Assembly: GCA_046563655.1 (NCBI GenBank)
Contig: CM102290.1
Coordinates: forward strand, 11,656,001 to 11,720,000
Direction: 5' to 3'
DNA length: 64,000 nt
Source: Yuukianura sp. NJ FZ-2021
Lineage: Eukaryota
The notes below the pieces were generated by a model. It did no database searches and was not told the origin of the DNA. It saw only the letters and a list, made by a program, of their open reading frames with translations. Made by a program: the position numbers and the translations under genes. Each line of letters opens with the position of its first letter. Within the stretch, counting starts at the first letter, position 1. This document shows, in pieces, positions 60,401 to 64,000 of this stretch.

Positions 60401-63400
60401 TCGAAACAGACAAAAATTATGCGGCTGGGACGTAGAAAGGCGACTTTCGTGTTTACTACAAAATTTTTGAGTCTCCATGGCAATTTTAACAAAAGTTCAT
60501 CACGTAAAGGCTTGTGCACACTTTGTATTTATGTACTCAGTTTTTTTTTCGTATTACTCGTTTTGCTGATTTTTTTAAATGTACGTACAGAATTTTAGAG
60601 CGCATTCTTTGTGAAATCGGATTCGGCAGAGGAAAAAATTACGCGGATATAGATGCAGATACTTATTAACACGCGAAAATCCCTATCCTGCGGATAGCGT
60701 AATGACAGGTCAAAATTTTCCTCCCGCTTCTGTCGAATGCAAAAACGCAGATATGATTCACACATAAAAATTACTTCAGGAATCACAAGCTAATCTCCAG
60801 TTGGTAATGTACAAGAGAAAACTCTCAACCTGAAATAACTCCCATCCGCGGACGTCGCAGTCACGATGGGTTGAAATTTTGGAGATAGAGTACGCATGTA
60901 AAATTCTCAGGCGCAACTATCACGTTTGCAAGTGAGAAAATCGCACTCTCACAATATTAAAACGCGTATAACGCGGGCGGCGCGAACTCAACGCGGTTAT
61001 TTTTCATGCCATTACACCATTTGACGCTGTATATTTTTCAAGTTCAATTTTATCTGCGACTTTGACCTGCGATTTCGGTTTCAATTTTGAAGTGCGATTT
61101 CAGCTACGATGTCTGCAAGCGATTTTCACTTGCAAATTCAGCTACAATTTTCACTTGCGATTTCGATTTCTATTTTCACGTGCGATTTCGGTTTCAATCG
61201 TCACGTGCGAATTCAGTTATAACTTTCACGCGGGAATTCAGCTTCGATTTTCACTTGCGATTTCAGTTTAAAATTTGACGCGCGATTTGAGCTGCGATTT
61301 TCACGTGCGAATTCACATTCGTTTTTTACATGTGATTTCAGTTCCAATTTTGACGTGCGAGTTCAGTTGAAACTTTCACGTGCAAATTCGGCGGCGATTT
61401 TTACGTGCGATTTTGGTTTCCGTTGTTACGTGCGAATTTAGTTATAACTTTCACGCGGCAATTCGGCTGCAATTTTCACTTGCGATTTCAGTTTAAAATT
61501 TGACGTGCGATTTGAGCGTTTATTTTCACCTGCGAATTCAGGTTCGTGTTTCACGTGCGATGTCAGGTTTAATTTCGACGTGCGAATTCAGCTGCGATTT
61601 GCACCCATTATTATTATTATTATTTATTTATTATTACGAAATATAGTATTATAAGCCAATCCGCATGCGCAACCTGCGGTGAATATTGCTAGCGCTAGAT
61701 TCCACACATGTGTTGACTGTATGCACCACCCTTAATAATCGCGAAAATCGCCATTGAAAATCGAAAAAAAGATGTAAACACGAAACTCGCCTTTCTACGT
61801 CCCAGCTGCACAATTGACCAGAGACCCGCTCGCTCTGCGCGTAAAATTAAACACCAAGTAATAATAAAGTTGTGTTTCAATAATAACAGTTGCCATGGGA
61901 AATTCGGTTGAGCCAAAATTAAGATTTTCGTTCCCATCTCGGGAACGAAAAGCAATAGAGATGTAAACTCTTCCCTCCTGAATTCAGAAAAATATGGAGT
62001 ATTTTTAGAAATTTTAAAAAGGTACCCTCAGATTTTGACCGAATTTCGAAAAAATCCATGGACTATAGTCCATGGTTTTTTTTTTCAAAATTTGACGAAA
62101 AACTTGATCTTCGATTTTGGAGTTTTCAAAATGTCTAAAAATTCTTCATGTTTTTTGAAAGTCTCCCGCGAAGAGATTAGGTCTTTATCCCTTTCCATTC
62201 ACGAGATATAAATTTTCAAACTTTCATTTTAATTTTCAAAAACTTTCAAAATTCATATCTCGGGAACGGAAAGTGATAGAGAGGTAAACTCTTCGCCCCT
62301 GAATTATTCACAAAAATAAGTAGTGTTTTTAGAAATTTTAAAAATGTACCCTCAGATTTTGACCAAATTTCGAAAAAATTCATGGACTATAAGTCCATGT
62401 TTTTCTTCAAAATTTGACGAAATACTTGATGTTCGATTTTGGAGTTTTCAATATTTGTTAAAGATTTTCTTATTTTTTGAAAGTTTTTCGTGAAGAAATT
62501 AACTTTCTATCGCTTCCCGTTCTCAAGAAAAGATATAAATTTTCGATTTTTGGTGTGAATTTCCGAAAGCTTTAAAAATTCATAGCTTTGGAATGTCCGG
62601 GGAATTTCTGGGGAATTGTAAAGTTGAGTGGGAATTGAAACCGGAGATTATATAGAGCAAAGAGGTTCACTCCGTTTCTCTCAAATTCTCTTTTTCTGCT
62701 GAAAGTGGACCAAACAGAAACTTTTGTAGGAATTGGGAACCTTTCTGAGATGTAGCGTACCCTGCTTGGTCCGATGCTCTCACAGAAAACCTGCTGCAGA
62801 TCAATCCTACGAGGGAACACAACACATCTTCCTTGTACTGCTTTCTTTCAAAATTAAAAAAAAAAGAAACTACTTCATTGCTAATATGCTCATGCTCTCG
62901 ATCGCAAAGTCCGTCACGACTGTTATAAAATGAGCTAAAGCATTTTTTTTGAAAGAATTAATTTCAAAAAGTTCAAACACGATGAGAGAGCCTTGACTTT
63001 TTCAGACGAAAAAACTTGGCTTACTATCTTTGTAGCTACTAGATATGTCTTTACAAACTTTTTCCAAAAATTTACATTTTGAGTTTATGTTTATATTGTT
63101 TTTATACAGGAAAACTTGCCAGTGAACTGAGCGTGCAGATTTTAGTGGATGCTGAATTCGTTTCTTGGAAAGAAGCGATAAATCTCTTGGCTCAATGCCT
63201 CATGGCTCGATACAATAGATCAGCACCGCGAGTTGGCAATACTACGCAAGCGTACCTCAAGGTTTGAATATCAACCGTGATTTGCACTAAAAGTACAGTG
63301 CTCATGCGTACAATGATCTTTTGGATTTTGTCCAACAGGGTGCCTTGACGACAGTAGCTAACGAGTGGGACTTGATGCAGAATGTACTGGGAGTACACTG

Positions 63401-64000
63401 GGCTGGAAAAGTTGTCCGTGGAGCATACATGGTACGTGAAAGTGAAATTGCCCGGCAACTTGGTCGCCCGTCTCCGGTTTGGTCCTCCTATGAAGAAACG
63501 AATCGCTCATACAACTCGTAATTTAAATCAACATAAAACTTCATTTCAGTTTTAATTTATGCCTTTTGGTTTTAGAATTATTGCTCACCTTTTGGAAAAA
63601 ATGGGAACGGACCAAGGAAAATTTAAACGTTCTCATCTTACAGTAGCTTCGCATAATGAGAGATCCATCCGATTGGCAGCACATCTCATCAAGCACTTCC
63701 ATCTTGATCCAGCGTCAAACTCCCGCCATCTTGTTTCATTTGCACAAATCTACGGCATGGCAGACTATTTGAGCACGCCTCTTGGTAAACTGTCTAATAC
63801 TTACTAAAAATACACATTCTAAACAAACAAATCAACATTAATTTCAACATTTATATAAAAACATCATTTTTCCTTCAGTTCGTAATGGTCATCCAGTCTA
63901 CAAGTCAACTCCGTATGGACCAATGGAAAGCGTCCTTCCGTATTTGAGTCGACGTGCTGTCGAGAATCGTTCAGTCATCCAAGGAGCACGACTGGAACTG
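57491..64000 (+). CDS. PRODH2: Proline dehydrogenase family, PRODH2/hydroxyproline dehydrogenase-like; 3' end beyond the window
   Basis: Mitochondrial-targeting-like N-terminus; FFDQFVGGET, ILVDAEF, NTTQAYLK, KVVRGAYM, VASHNERS, FAQIYGMADYLS, VYKSTPYG...PYLSRRAVENRSVIQGAR. Exons approx. 57491-57795, 57898-58062, 58151-58268, 58343-58529, 63110-63261, 63339-63517, 63577-63784, 63879->64000. Confidence 0.88.
58790..59393. repeat. Dispersed foldback-like repeat (~320-bp units), left cluster
   Basis: Units ctcgggaacggaaagcg...ctcttcgcccctgaattcac...aaaaatccatggactata(a)tagtccatgg with a palindromic core; near-identical to 61938-62540. Confidence 0.85.
59710..60302 (-). CDS. DNAL4: Dynein light chain 4, axonemal-like (DNAL4) with an acidic N-terminal extension, nested antisense in the PRODH intron (~150 aa)
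   Basis: Exons 60302-60108, 60032-59949 (GAG acceptor) and 59883-59710. C-terminus AACKSITENLDRIYGPGWHAVVGECYGFEISHD...FYNGNLGILVWKC fits the LC8/DNAL4 pattern (WHVVIGEGFGFEITH...VWKC). Confidence 0.8.
60471..60484. promoter_or_regulatory. X-box-like motif GTCTCCATGGCAAT upstream of the DNAL4-like gene
   Basis: Near-consensus RFX site ~170 bp upstream of the ATG at 60302; a second one, GTTGCCATGGGAAA, at 61889-61902. Confidence 0.4.
61050..61603. repeat. Minisatellite of ~21-22-bp degenerate units
   Basis: Many variants of tttcacgtgcgatttcagtt / tttgacgtgcgaattcag in tandem, followed by a (tat)n tract. Confidence 0.85.
61938..62540. repeat. Dispersed foldback-like repeat, right cluster (direct orientation to 58790-59393)
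   Basis: Same unit sequence, including gaagagattaggtctttatccctttccattcacgagatata and the ccatggactatagtccatgg palindrome. Confidence 0.85.

Noticed and set aside
61655..61700. Hairpin plus CTAG as a Helitron 3' end
   Set aside because: The stem is only 5 bp, CTAG is not followed by T, and no 5' TC end was identified.

Overview
Eukaryotic (animal) genomic DNA, AT-rich with short GT-AG introns; gene content points to an arthropod, plausibly a springtail/basal hexapod (inference only). Genes reconstructed by hand from splice sites, left to right: an intronless SAM-dependent methyltransferase-like ORF (-, candidate horizontal transfer); a 7-exon Pax3/7 gene of paired type with no visible octapeptide (-), set in a long non-coding region; a small two-exon coiled-coil orphan preceded by a consensus RFX X-box (-); a divergent Cys-loop ligand-gated ion channel subunit (+); then a compact cluster of an Armitage/MOV10L1-type RNA helicase (+), IGBP1/TAP42 (-), YOD1/OTU1 (-), LAMTOR1 (-) and carboxypeptidase D (+); and finally a PRODH2-type (hydroxy)proline dehydrogenase (+, runs off the window) whose 4.6-kb intron holds an antisense DNAL4-like gene. 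Non-coding features include several MITEs, a 131-bp tandem array inside terminal inverted repeats, a perfect 70-bp palindrome with an 8-bp target-site duplication, and repeated perfect AGGTCAAAGGTCA (DR1) motifs. There are no CRISPR, rRNA or prokaryotic operon features, and I see no single multi-gene novel system. The best leads are individual ones: the methyltransferase, a possible GPI-anchored short CPD isoform, the channel's EAR selectivity motif, the PRODH2-type Ser, X-box-linked ciliary candidates and DR1 enrichment.
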